Sequence record: NC_023612.1
Strand: one strand, 5' to 3'
Source: Geobacillus phage GBK2
DNA: 24,000 nucleotides
Of the stretch, positions 8,192 to 15,746 are shown piece after piece. The position numbers and the translations under genes are program-made. Below the pieces are notes generated by a model. The model made no database searches. It saw nothing but the letters and a program-made list of their open reading frames with translations, and was not told the DNA's origin. Position 1 is the stretch's first letter. Each line of letters starts with the position of its first letter.

Positions 8192-10762
8192 ATGGGCGAT
8201 TTGAAGCGGATAGGTAGCAATTTACCGGAGCGGGTTAGTTTTAACTATCCCGCTTTATACAACAGCGGGATGCCGGCCGAATTGGACACGAAAAAGGCGA
8301 AAAAGGTTAATGGCCCATGGTTTAACCGCAAAATAAAAACGATTAAATGGGACGATTTTTTTGAGATAAAACGCAATAAAATAATCGTTTTCCGCATCAT
8401 CCCGCATGCTGACGTCACAAATAACAATAAACGCTTATGGCGGGCAATTTACAAAATGTATGAGATGTACGAATCACCAATAAGCCGCTTGGAACGAAAC
8501 GGCTTTAAAATCACATACAGGGAAAAAGATTATTTTTGGTTTGACGTTATTTTTAGGCAAGTCAACGGCGAGAAGAAAATTGAATTTTATATTGCAACAA
8601 GTGAATTCCAAGCGCAAAAACTAAAACGAAAAATTGAAAACAAAATGAGCGTGACTATCACCGAGGCGAGCATTAAGGACATACAAATACCGGTGGAAAA
8701 TACAATTGTTCAAGAAATGCGCTATTTAAAGCATGACATTTTTAGCCTAAACACCAATAGCAACGATGTAAAAACACCAATAGCCAATATTTTAAGCACC
8801 ATAGACGAATTACAATTCGATGGCGATTTTGCCCGGTTGAGCATTTGCGCCGAGGCAGAGAATCGCCAAAAATGGGTTAAGACGGCCCAATGGGCATATG
8901 AGAAGGTAAGTAAGGGAAAAGTACCGCAGCGGGCCAATTTGAGCGGAAAACGGCTAATGACAGGGGCAAAGGTAGCCGTTGCCGCTATCATTAACGAAAT
9001 AAATGATTTGCTCGTTGATACATTCCAAGCGTTTAGTAATGTCTTTTTCAAGAGTGACAAGGATTTTGCAAGGGAGAAATTAATTAAAAAGGCCCATGCA
9101 TTGGAGGATGAAATTGGAGCAACCCGGTTTAACCATGAAAAGGGAAATTTGCCCGTCTTTAAAACCCATATACGCATTGCGGCCCATTCAAAAGACCGAT
9201 TAACCCGCGACACAATGGCCGAAACGTTGGCCCTTTCATTCCAAGATTTAAGCGAGGCCAACGAATTGCACGGCGTTAAAATCCGAATTAATGGCCGCCG
9301 GGTTGCTGTTATCGAGGAATTGAATACATTACGATTGAACGCCCGCACCAAGGCCGATGTGAACGTTAATTTAATGAGTACGGACGAAATGAGCAAATTA
9401 GCCCTAATGATGCCTAATAAAGATTTACAACGGAAATACGCCGATGCATTGAGCGTTAAAAAGCGGGTTGAGGTTGAAATACCGGCAGCGATGCGGGACG
9501 AAAACGGCATTTATTTGGGCGTTGCCGAGGTAAAAGACGAAAAAATACCGGTTTATATACCGGTAAGCAACCCGGACGAATTTTTTAGAGCATATGTTTT
9601 CATTGGTGGCCAAGGAGCCGGGAAGGACACGGCCATAAAAAACTTTATTATTGAGGCCAATTTAAAACACAATATTAGCTTTGTCATACCTGATGCGATA
9701 TGCGAGGAAGGGGAGCGCGGCATGGCCGACGGTATCCGCGACGCTTTGCCGCCGGAGCGCATTATTGACCTAAATTTGAATGACGAGAACTATATACCGC
9801 CGATGGATTTGACCGAAGTAATAAAGGCGCTTGGACGAAACGGGGCAAGCCGTTTTGCTGATGAAATGATAGACTTTTTGCAGATTGAAGGATTAAGCCG
9901 CTCCGAAAAATATTTAACCGACGCGGCCAAGGCGTCCGGGGGTAATTTATTGAATATCAAACGCATTATTGAGGATGAAAATTTTAGAGCGGCCCGCATC
10001 GAGGAGTTAATACAAGAGGGCAACATTAGATTGGCCAATGAGTTATTGAGTTGGGGAACAAATGAGGATTTGGGCAATAAATGCGATGCGATTTTACACC
10101 GGCTCAACCGCTTTTTTGGCAATGATCGCTTATACGATATTTTCGCGCAGCCGCCGCTTAAGGAATTGGATTTTAGAAAATGGATGCAAGAGGGCAAGGT
10201 TATCATTATCCGGGTACCAAACGGCCGAGGATTGGGCGAGCATGCGGTTAAAACGATTGTTCATTGGATAACCTTAAAAACCTTTATGACACGGCTATTA
10301 ATGACAAAAGAGGAACAGAAAAACGGCTGTTTTATCGTCTTTAATGAGCCGGAACAATACGAAACGGAAGGCCTTTCTAAACTCATGGGCCGGATTGCAA
10401 CCGAGGGAAGAAAAGAACGATTAGGCAGCCTTTACGCTTTCCACCATTGGAACAAGTTAAAAACATCATTACAAGAGAATTTGCAGGGCGGCGGCGTCCA
10501 ACAATTCCTTTTTATGAATGACTATACAAAAACCTTTGATTTATCAAAACATCGGTTTGAGGATACTATACCATTGGAGGAGGCTTATAGATTGCCGGCG
10601 TATCATGCCATAATTAGTGTGAGGGCTGCCGGGGAATTGCAGCCGGCGTTTATTTGCCGGATGGCCCCACCGATAAAGCCGAAATATGATAACTCTTTTC
10701 TCACCAAGCGGCATGCCCAAATGTACGGGCGGCCATGGAATTTGTTGCAGGAGGCCTTATAA
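8192..10762 (+). CDS. Conjugation/T4SS-like ATPase (TraG/VirD4/VirB4/FtsK-HerA superfamily)
   Basis: Starts MGDLKRIGSNLPERVSF after RBS GGAGGGATAAAA. Walker A-like FIGGQGAGKDTAIKNF (DNA 9605-9631), Walker B-like CFIVFNEPEQYE (about 10328-10360), plus EGLSKLMGRIATEGRKERLG. Domain layout resembles Gram-positive conjugation ATPases. Confidence 0.7.
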   Translation: MGDLKRIGSNLPERVSFNYPALYNSGMPAELDTKKAKKVNGPWFNRKIKTIKWDDFFEIKRNKIIVFRIIPHADVTNNNKRLWRAIYKMYEMYESPISRLERNGFKITYREKDYFWFDVIFRQVNGEKKIEFYIATSEFQAQKLKRKIENKMSVTITEASIKDIQIPVENTIVQEMRYLKHDIFSLNTNSNDVKTPIANILSTIDELQFDGDFARLSICAEAENRQKWVKTAQWAYEKVSKGKVPQRANLSGKRLMTGAKVAVAAIINEINDLLVDTFQAFSNVFFKSDKDFAREKLIKKAHALEDEIGATRFNHEKGNLPVFKTHIRIAAHSKDRLTRDTMAETLALSFQDLSEANELHGVKIRINGRRVAVIEELNTLRLNARTKADVNVNLMSTDEMSKLALMMPNKDLQRKYADALSVKKRVEVEIPAAMRDENGIYLGVAEVKDEKIPVYIPVSNPDEFFRAYVFIGGQGAGKDTAIKNFIIEANLKHNISFVIPDAICEEGERGMADGIRDALPPERIIDLNLNDENYIPPMDLTEVIKALGRNGASRFADEMIDFLQIEGLSRSEKYLTDAAKASGGNLLNIKRIIEDENFRAARIEELIQEGNIRLANELLSWGTNEDLGNKCDAILHRLNRFFGNDRLYDIFAQPPLKELDFRKWMQEGKVIIIRVPNGRGLGEHAVKTIVHWITLKTFMTRLLMTKEEQKNGCFIVFNEPEQYETEGLSKLMGRIATEGRKERLGSLYAFHHWNKLKTSLQENLQGGGVQQFLFMNDYTKTFDLSKHRFEDTIPLEEAYRLPAYHAIISVRAAGELQPAFICRMAPPIKPKYDNSFLTKRHAQMYGRPWNLLQEAL

Positions 10763-10804
10763 TTGTTTATAATACACAAGGGCAAGTAAGCAGCGGAATT
10801 TTTT

Positions 10805-10820
10805 AACGTTGGCCAACGTT
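10805..10820. repeat. Perfect 16-bp palindrome AACGTTGGCCAACGTT
   Basis: Read directly; intergenic between ATPase gene and promoter P2. Confidence 0.9.
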
Positions 10821-10963
10821 TTCCCGCTACCGGGCGGCGGGATGAAAATGCTAAATGCCCGGGCAAAAATAAATAAAAGGAGGGCAGGGCTCCGTATCTT
10901 ATTACTTATGAGAGTTTTCGGCAAAATTTTTTCGGTTTTTTCGGCTATTTTTTTTGATTTAGG

Positions 10964-10994
10964 TGTTTACAAAGTAAACAAAATAGTTTATAAT
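10964..10994 (+). promoter_or_regulatory. Promoter P2 with perfect dyad operator, near-duplicate of P1
   Basis: TTTACA (10966-10971), 17 nt, TATAAT (10989-10994); TGTTTAC-AAA-GTAAACA (10964-10980). Confidence 0.75.
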
Positions 10995-11041
10995 AAATAA
11001 TGTAAGGCGCAATAATAAAAATCAAAATTGGAGGGGTAAAG

Positions 11042-11296
11042 ATGCATAAAGTACAAATGGAATACGCGAAGGCGAAAGCGGCATATGATGCGGCGTTCGA
11101 GGCGAAAAATTGGGAGTTGGTTGACCAATTAGAAGATGATTACCTAGAGGCAGAAATGGCGCTAATTGAATGGACGCTCGAACAGGTTGAAAAATCCGGT
11201 CTAATGCCAAAAGAAGATATTGAATTTATACGCGACAACATGGGGCCGGAGCAAATGGAAAAAATCGCGGAGTTGGGTTTCAGATTGCAAGCATAA
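11042..11296 (+). CDS. Small acidic helical phage protein of unknown function
   Basis: 84 aa, RBS GGAGGGGTAAAG-ATG, first gene after P2. Confidence 0.7.
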   Translation: MHKVQMEYAKAKAAYDAAFEAKNWELVDQLEDDYLEAEMALIEWTLEQVEKSGLMPKEDIEFIRDNMGPEQMEKIAELGFRLQA

Positions 11297-11392
11297 TAAA
11301 AGGCGGGAGCAATCCCGCCGGATTGAGTTAGACGGTTAAAATTTTAAAGCGGCCCATCGCGGCCGCTATCAAATAAAAATGGTGGTGAAATC

Positions 11393-11782
11393 ATGAAATC
11401 TCGCAACAAATATTTTAATCCGAATCCACTCAAAAAAGAAACCGCCGATTGTGTGGTAAGGGCATTAGTGAAGGCGACGGGTAAAGATTGGGATGCGGTT
11501 TATACGGAATTATGCAACATCGGTTTTGAATTAAAAGTAATGCCAAACAACGACGAAGCATGGAAAGAGTATTTGATTCGGCATGGTTTTATTTACCGCA
11601 AAATACCGGTAAAGAAGGGAAAGAAACGGCCAACGGTCAAGGAGTTTGCAAGTAAGAATCGCCAAGGAACGTTTGTTTTGCGGGTTGCCAATCATATCGT
11701 TACTTGTGAAGAAGGCTATTATTATGATACATGGGATTGTGGCGAATATGCCATATATGGATATTGGGAAAAACAACAATGA
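11393..11782 (+). CDS. Phage protein with Cys/His/Asp pattern suggestive of a papain-like fold
   Basis: ETADCVVRALVKATGKDWDAVYTEL ... TFVLRVANHIVTCEEGYYYDTWDCGEYAIYGYW; conserved-phage-protein-like composition and spacing. Confidence 0.6.
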   Translation: MKSRNKYFNPNPLKKETADCVVRALVKATGKDWDAVYTELCNIGFELKVMPNNDEAWKEYLIRHGFIYRKIPVKKGKKRPTVKEFASKNRQGTFVLRVANHIVTCEEGYYYDTWDCGEYAIYGYWEKQQ

Positions 11783-11793
11783 GCTGATATTAT

Positions 11794-11818
11794 CCGGGCA
11801 TAGTCGCCCGGTTTTTTT
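11794..11818 (+). terminator. Rho-independent terminator
   Basis: CCGGGC-ATAGTC-GCCCGG-TTTTTTT. Confidence 0.9.
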
Positions 11819-11865
11819 ATATATGCAGCACTCAAAAAAATATTCCACAAATTTTAAAAAAGGTA

Positions 11866-11894
11866 TTGCATTCTATTGTGTTCTATTGTATTAT
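11866..11894 (+). promoter_or_regulatory. Promoter with 10-bp direct repeats in the spacer
   Basis: TTGCAT (11866-11871), 17 nt, TATTAT (11889-11894); direct repeats TTCTATTGTG / TTCTATTGTA (11871-11890). Confidence 0.6.
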
Positions 11895-11988
11895 TAAATC
11901 GTCAGGTTGATGGACAAGCCGTCGAGGCGCCGGAGTGGAAGACGAAGCCGCCGGCCTATCAACCGAACAAAGCGGAGGGGGTGAAAAA

Positions 11989-12159
11989 TTGAGCAACAAG
12001 AGAGGCAGCAAGGTTTATAAAACCTATTACATGGAGGAGGCGATTGTAAAGCGATTAGAGCGGCACGAAAAGGAAACAGGGGCGAATAAATCCCGGGTTG
12101 TCAATTTAGCGCTTAAGGAGTATTTTGAGCGCTTGGAAAAACAAAAAACCAAAAATTGA
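11989..12159 (+). CDS. Ribbon-helix-helix (CopG/Arc-like) DNA-binding protein
   Basis: 56 aa: LSNKRGSKVYKTYYMEEAIVKRLERHEKETGANKSRVVNLALKEYFERLEKQKTKN; TTG start after GGAGGGGGTG. Confidence 0.7.
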   Translation: MSNKRGSKVYKTYYMEEAIVKRLERHEKETGANKSRVVNLALKEYFERLEKQKTKN

Positions 12160-12178
12160 AACGGGGAGAGGGGTAAAG

Positions 12179-13104
12179 ATGCCGAAAATAGTAGTTAAAA
12201 CAAAAGGTATGGAATACGAGGAATGGTTAAAAACGAGAAATAAGGGCATTGGCGGCAGCGATGCGGCAGCCGTTGCAGGGGGAACCCTTACAAAAGCCCG
12301 CTCGTTGTTTACATGGAGAAAATCGGCGTTTACAAGCAACCGCCGGCCGGTGAGGCGGCATATTGGGGTACTCAGTTAGAGGACATTATTAGAAAGGAGT
12401 TTGTTAAACGCATAAACAAGGAGCGGGAGGAGCAAGGCCGCCCGTTGATTAAGGTACAGCAACGGCATGCTATTTTTGCCCATGATAAGTACGATTTTAT
12501 GCGGGCGAATATCGACGGCCTTATTATATGCCCGGAAATGGGAAAAGGGGTTTTAGAAATAAAAACCGCGAACCAATTCCTATCCGACGAATGGGAAGGC
12601 GACGACGTACCGAATCAATATTTTATTCAAATGCAGCACTATTTAGAGGTTATGGATTTAAATTGGGGCTACATAGCGGTTTTAATCGGCGGGCAGCGAT
12701 ATAAACACTATTTCATTGAGCGCGACCGGGAAATTGGGCAAAACTTAATCGCCATTGAGCATAATTTTTGGCATAATCACGTTTTGACTAAAATCCCGCC
12801 GGTACCGACGGGCTCCGATGCTGAAACGGAAATGTTAAAAGTCTTATATCCTAACAGCTATGACGAGCCGGTTATTGAATTGCCGATTGCATTTAAAGAA
12901 ATCGTTGAGAAACATGAATTTTTGAAAGATGAGGAGAAACGCATTAAAGAGTTAAAAAATGAATGTCGCAATAAAATCGCTTTTGAAATGAAAGAGCATG
13001 CCGTTGCATGGGCAGGGCCTCACCAAGTCACATTTAAGGCCAATAAAAATGGCGTTAAATCCTTAAAAATCAAATTAAATAAACGGGAGGTTGTTGAAGC
13101 ATGA
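12179..13104 (+). CDS. YqaJ-like recombination exonuclease; reading frame interrupted by an apparent -1 frameshift near 12278-12283
   Basis: Frame 1 gives WLKTRNKGIGGSDAAAVAGG; after a -1 shift NPYKSPLVVYMEKIGVYKQPPAGEAAYWGTQLEDIIRKEF continues, with GVLEIKTANQF later. Together these reconstitute a YqaJ domain. Partner gene is recT. Confidence 0.85.
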
Positions 13105-13964
13105 CAACTAAAAAACAATCGGAATTAAAAAACCAATTGGCAGCAAAAGCAAATAATGCACAAATGCAAGAAAAGCCGAAAACGCCGCAACAAGTAGTTG
13201 GCGAATACATTAAAACGATGATGCCAAGCATACAACAAGTTTTACCGAAGCATTTGGACGCCGAACGCATGGCCCGTTTAGCGCTAAACGTCATTAGAAC
13301 CAACCCGCTATTGCTACAATGCAACATGCCAAGTTTATTAGGGGCGGTTTTGGAAGCGGCAAAACTAGGATTGGAGCCGGGTTTATTGGGACAAGCCTAT
13401 ATCGTACCGTACAAAAACCATAAAGCAAGCGAAGCAGCAGGAAAAGACGTTTACGAGGCGCAATTCATCATTGGATACCGGGGCTTAATTGATTTGGTAC
13501 GGCGCAGCGGCCAAGTATCCACCATTGCCGCTCATGCGGTACATGAGAACGATGTTTTTGAGTACGAATATGGGCTAAATGATAAGCTCGTACACAAGCC
13601 GGCATTGAAGGATAGAGGCGCAGTTATTGCCTATTACGCTATCGCGAAAATGAAGGACGGCGGTTATAGTTTCCTTGTCATGTCCAAGGAAGATATTGAA
13701 AAACACCGGGACAAATACAGCAAGGCCAAAAAATACAGCCCATGGGTTGACGAATTTGACGCGATGGCAAAGAAAACAGTTTTGCGGCAGCTTATTAAAT
13801 ACTTGCCTATTAGCGTTGAATTTTTGGCCCATGACGAACAAAACGGCGTCAACGTCTATAATGAGGTTGTCGATGACAAAGACGTTATTAACGTCGATTA
13901 TGAAACGGGCGAAATTTTAGAGCCGCAAACAATCGAAGTTTTGGAGGTAAAGGACAATGAATAA
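13101..13964 (+). CDS. recT: RecT-family single-strand annealing recombinase
   Basis: [56 protein letters not shown]...[18 protein letters not shown]. Confidence 0.95.
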   Translation: MTTKKQSELKNQLAAKANNAQMQEKPKTPQQVVGEYIKTMMPSIQQVLPKHLDAERMARLALNVIRTNPLLLQCNMPSLLGAVLEAAKLGLEPGLLGQAYIVPYKNHKASEAAGKDVYEAQFIIGYRGLIDLVRRSGQVSTIAAHAVHENDVFEYEYGLNDKLVHKPALKDRGAVIAYYAIAKMKDGGYSFLVMSKEDIEKHRDKYSKAKKYSPWVDEFDAMAKKTVLRQLIKYLPISVEFLAHDEQNGVNVYNEVVDDKDVINVDYETGEILEPQTIEVLEVKDNE

Positions 13965-14427
13965 AGTCATTTTAGTTGGACGTTTAACAAAAGACCCGGA
14001 ATTACGTTACACACAAAGCGGGGTGGCGGTTGCGACCTTTACATTGGCGGTCAACCGCCGCTTTACAAACCAACAAGGCGAGCGCGAGGCTGATTTTATC
14101 AATTGCCAAGTATGGCGTAAAGCGGCCGAAAATGCGGCGAACTATTTGCGGAAGGGCTCAAAATGCGGCGTTGTTGGCGAATGGCGCACCCGCTCGTATG
14201 AGGGCCAAGATGGAAAGCGGGTTTATGTCAACGAATGTTTGGTTGAGGAGCTTGAATTTATGGGAGCCCCGAATAACGCACAGAATGGCCCAAATTCGAG
14301 CGATAATGACCGGGGTAATACAAATATACCCGGAGGCAATCAAAACGCGAATACGGGCCAAAATAGGGGCTATGATGACCCATTCCATAACGAAGGGCCA
14401 ATTAGCGATTATGATTTGCCGTTTTAA
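13957..14427 (+). CDS. ssb: Single-stranded DNA-binding protein
   Basis: [36 protein letters not shown]...[35 protein letters not shown]; acidic tail ending ISDYDLPF. Confidence 0.97.
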   Translation: MNKVILVGRLTKDPELRYTQSGVAVATFTLAVNRRFTNQQGEREADFINCQVWRKAAENAANYLRKGSKCGVVGEWRTRSYEGQDGKRVYVNECLVEELEFMGAPNNAQNGPNSSDNDRGNTNIPGGNQNANTGQNRGYDDPFHNEGPISDYDLPF

Positions 14428-14487
14428 AAATCGCGGGCCAATCCATAAGGCCCACTTCCAATAAAAACAATTTGGAGGGGTAAAAAT

Positions 14488-14925
14488 ATGCTGCAATTAA
14501 ATTCTAAAGAGGCGCAAAGAGCATGGGAAGATTATAAAGGGTTTTTAATTGGGTTGGGGGTTAATTTGACCGCTAACCCGGCAATCGAACGGCAAATTGA
14601 GCAGGCTTTTAAAATGGGTTTTGCCGCAGGGAGAACCGGCGAGAAACCGGCAGCGAATGAGGCACCGGCAGAGAAACCAACAAAACGCCGGGCAAAGCCT
14701 AAAAAAGTACGCACTTTCCAAGAAATTGAGCGGGATAACAAATTAGTCGCGAGTATTTTGCAACGCGCTAACGCCCCGATGAAATTATGCGATATTATTA
14801 ATGCGATGAACGCAGCGGGGGCCGATTGGCCGGCAAAAAATGCTAGTAGCTACATGCAAACGGCCATGGAACGCTACCCGGCAATTAAAAAAGTGGGGTA
14901 TGGAGTGTATGCATATGTCCAATAA
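14488..14925 (+). CDS. Hypothetical protein with C-terminal winged-helix-like region
   Basis: Coding ORF with RBS GGAGGGGTAAAAAT; C-terminus LVASILQRANAPMKLCDIINAMNAAG...YPAIKKVGYGVYAYV. Confidence 0.55.
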   Translation: MLQLNSKEAQRAWEDYKGFLIGLGVNLTANPAIERQIEQAFKMGFAAGRTGEKPAANEAPAEKPTKRRAKPKKVRTFQEIERDNKLVASILQRANAPMKLCDIINAMNAAGADWPAKNASSYMQTAMERYPAIKKVGYGVYAYVQ

Positions 14926-15130
14926 AGTACCATGGGTCTTTGAGGTATGCGGCCGATGTGGCCGCCCTCTTAAGACCGAAAAAAGCCGGGAATTGGGTTA
15001 TGGCCCGGTTTGTATCCGCAAAATAGAGGCGGAGAGAGAGCGGCAGCAGACAACCATTGACGATTATTTAACCGATGACCAAAAAAGCCTTTTGGAAGGC
15101 TACAAAGCTATTAAACATATGTATGATTGA
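14915..15130 (+). CDS. Small zinc-ribbon protein (DUF6011-like)
   Basis: MSNKVPWVFEVCGRCGRPLKTEKSRELGYGPVCIRKIEAER; CxxC...GYGPVC pattern. Confidence 0.6.
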   Translation: MSNKVPWVFEVCGRCGRPLKTEKSRELGYGPVCIRKIEAERERQQTTIDDYLTDDQKSLLEGYKAIKHMYD

Positions 15131-15160
15131 CCGGGGCCGATTAGCTCCGGTTTTGTTTTG
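15130..15160 (+). terminator. Rho-independent terminator
   Basis: ACCGGGGC-CGATTA-GCTCCGGT (one G-U) followed by TTTTGTTTTG. Confidence 0.7.
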
Positions 15161-15211
15161 GCCAAATTACACATTGTATGCAAAAGAGGTAAATTTTATT
15201 ACATTTCCGTA

Positions 15212-15240
15212 TTGCATTTTTTAAAAAACCATGGTAAAGT
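15212..15240 (+). promoter_or_regulatory. Probable promoter with extended -10
   Basis: TTGCAT (15212-15217), 17 nt, TGGTAAAGT with -10 at 15235-15240. Confidence 0.5.
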
Positions 15241-15271
15241 AAAATCAGCAACAAAAAAGGAGGGGCAAACG

Positions 15272-15508
15272 GTGAAAGTTTACGCAAAAGAAAATTTCCG
15301 CGAAATACGCATTAAAAAAGGTTTTACGACCGCATCATTAGGTAGAGCGGTAGGCCTAACAAAGCAAGCAATTGGGCAAATTGAACGCCGCGAAAACGGG
15401 GTTAGCCCGGAAAACTGCTTAAAAATCGCGGAGGCGTTAGGCGTTGATTTTGACGACGTTTTTGAGTTAGTCGAAAGGGGGGTAAAAGATAGTGGGGGAA
15501 GCATATAA
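15272..15508 (+). CDS. XRE-family transcriptional regulator
   Basis: FREIRIKKGFTTASLGRAVGLTKQAIGQIERRENGVSPENCLKIAEALGVDFDDVFEL; GTG start after GGAGGGG. Confidence 0.85.
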   Translation: MKVYAKENFREIRIKKGFTTASLGRAVGLTKQAIGQIERRENGVSPENCLKIAEALGVDFDDVFELVERGVKDSGGSI

Positions 15509-15743
15509 ATTCTATTCTTCACTTGAAACATACAACCTAGACGGGTTGAAAAGCATTTGCATCGCAGCAAAACAATATAAAACCGGTGTATATAACTTTG
15601 AAATATGTATTCAAGGTGAAGAAAGTTGCGGGTATATAAAATTAAACGAGCGCGAATTTATCAAATTACTAGCTAAAATGGAATGTATAGTTGAAAGTAT
15701 CGAAAATTGCAGACGTTTCGAGCGTCGTAGTGTAGAGGGATGA
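15492..15743 (+). CDS. Hypothetical phage protein
   Basis: 83 aa, GTG start, RBS GGGGGGTAAAAG within the upstream gene. Confidence 0.55.
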   Translation: MGEAYKFYSSLETYNLDGLKSICIAAKQYKTGVYNFEICIQGEESCGYIKLNEREFIKLLAKMECIVESIENCRRFERRSVEG

Positions 15744-15746
15744 TGC

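Noticed and set aside
8722-9510. 262-aa minus-strand ORF antisense to the ATPase gene.
   Set aside because: Shadow ORF opposite a well-supported protein, with no RBS evidence or recognisable motifs. The same applies to most other minus-strand ORFs in the track.
10809-11000. 63-aa ORF overlapping palindromes and P2.
   Set aside because: Poor start context, no well-placed RBS, and it reads through promoter P2; treated as noncoding.
12125-12178. Upstream start for the YqaJ N-terminal ORF.
   Set aside because: It overlaps the RHH gene; ATG at 12179 has a strong GGGGAGAGGGG RBS.
14030-14464. 144-aa alternative-frame ORF overlapping ssb.
   Set aside because: The ssb frame is unambiguous; composition of the shifted frame is typical shadow coding.
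15167-15180. AATTACACATTGTA appearing here and near 16428-16441.
   Set aside because: The second copy is inside coding sequence and only 14 nt; probably coincidence.
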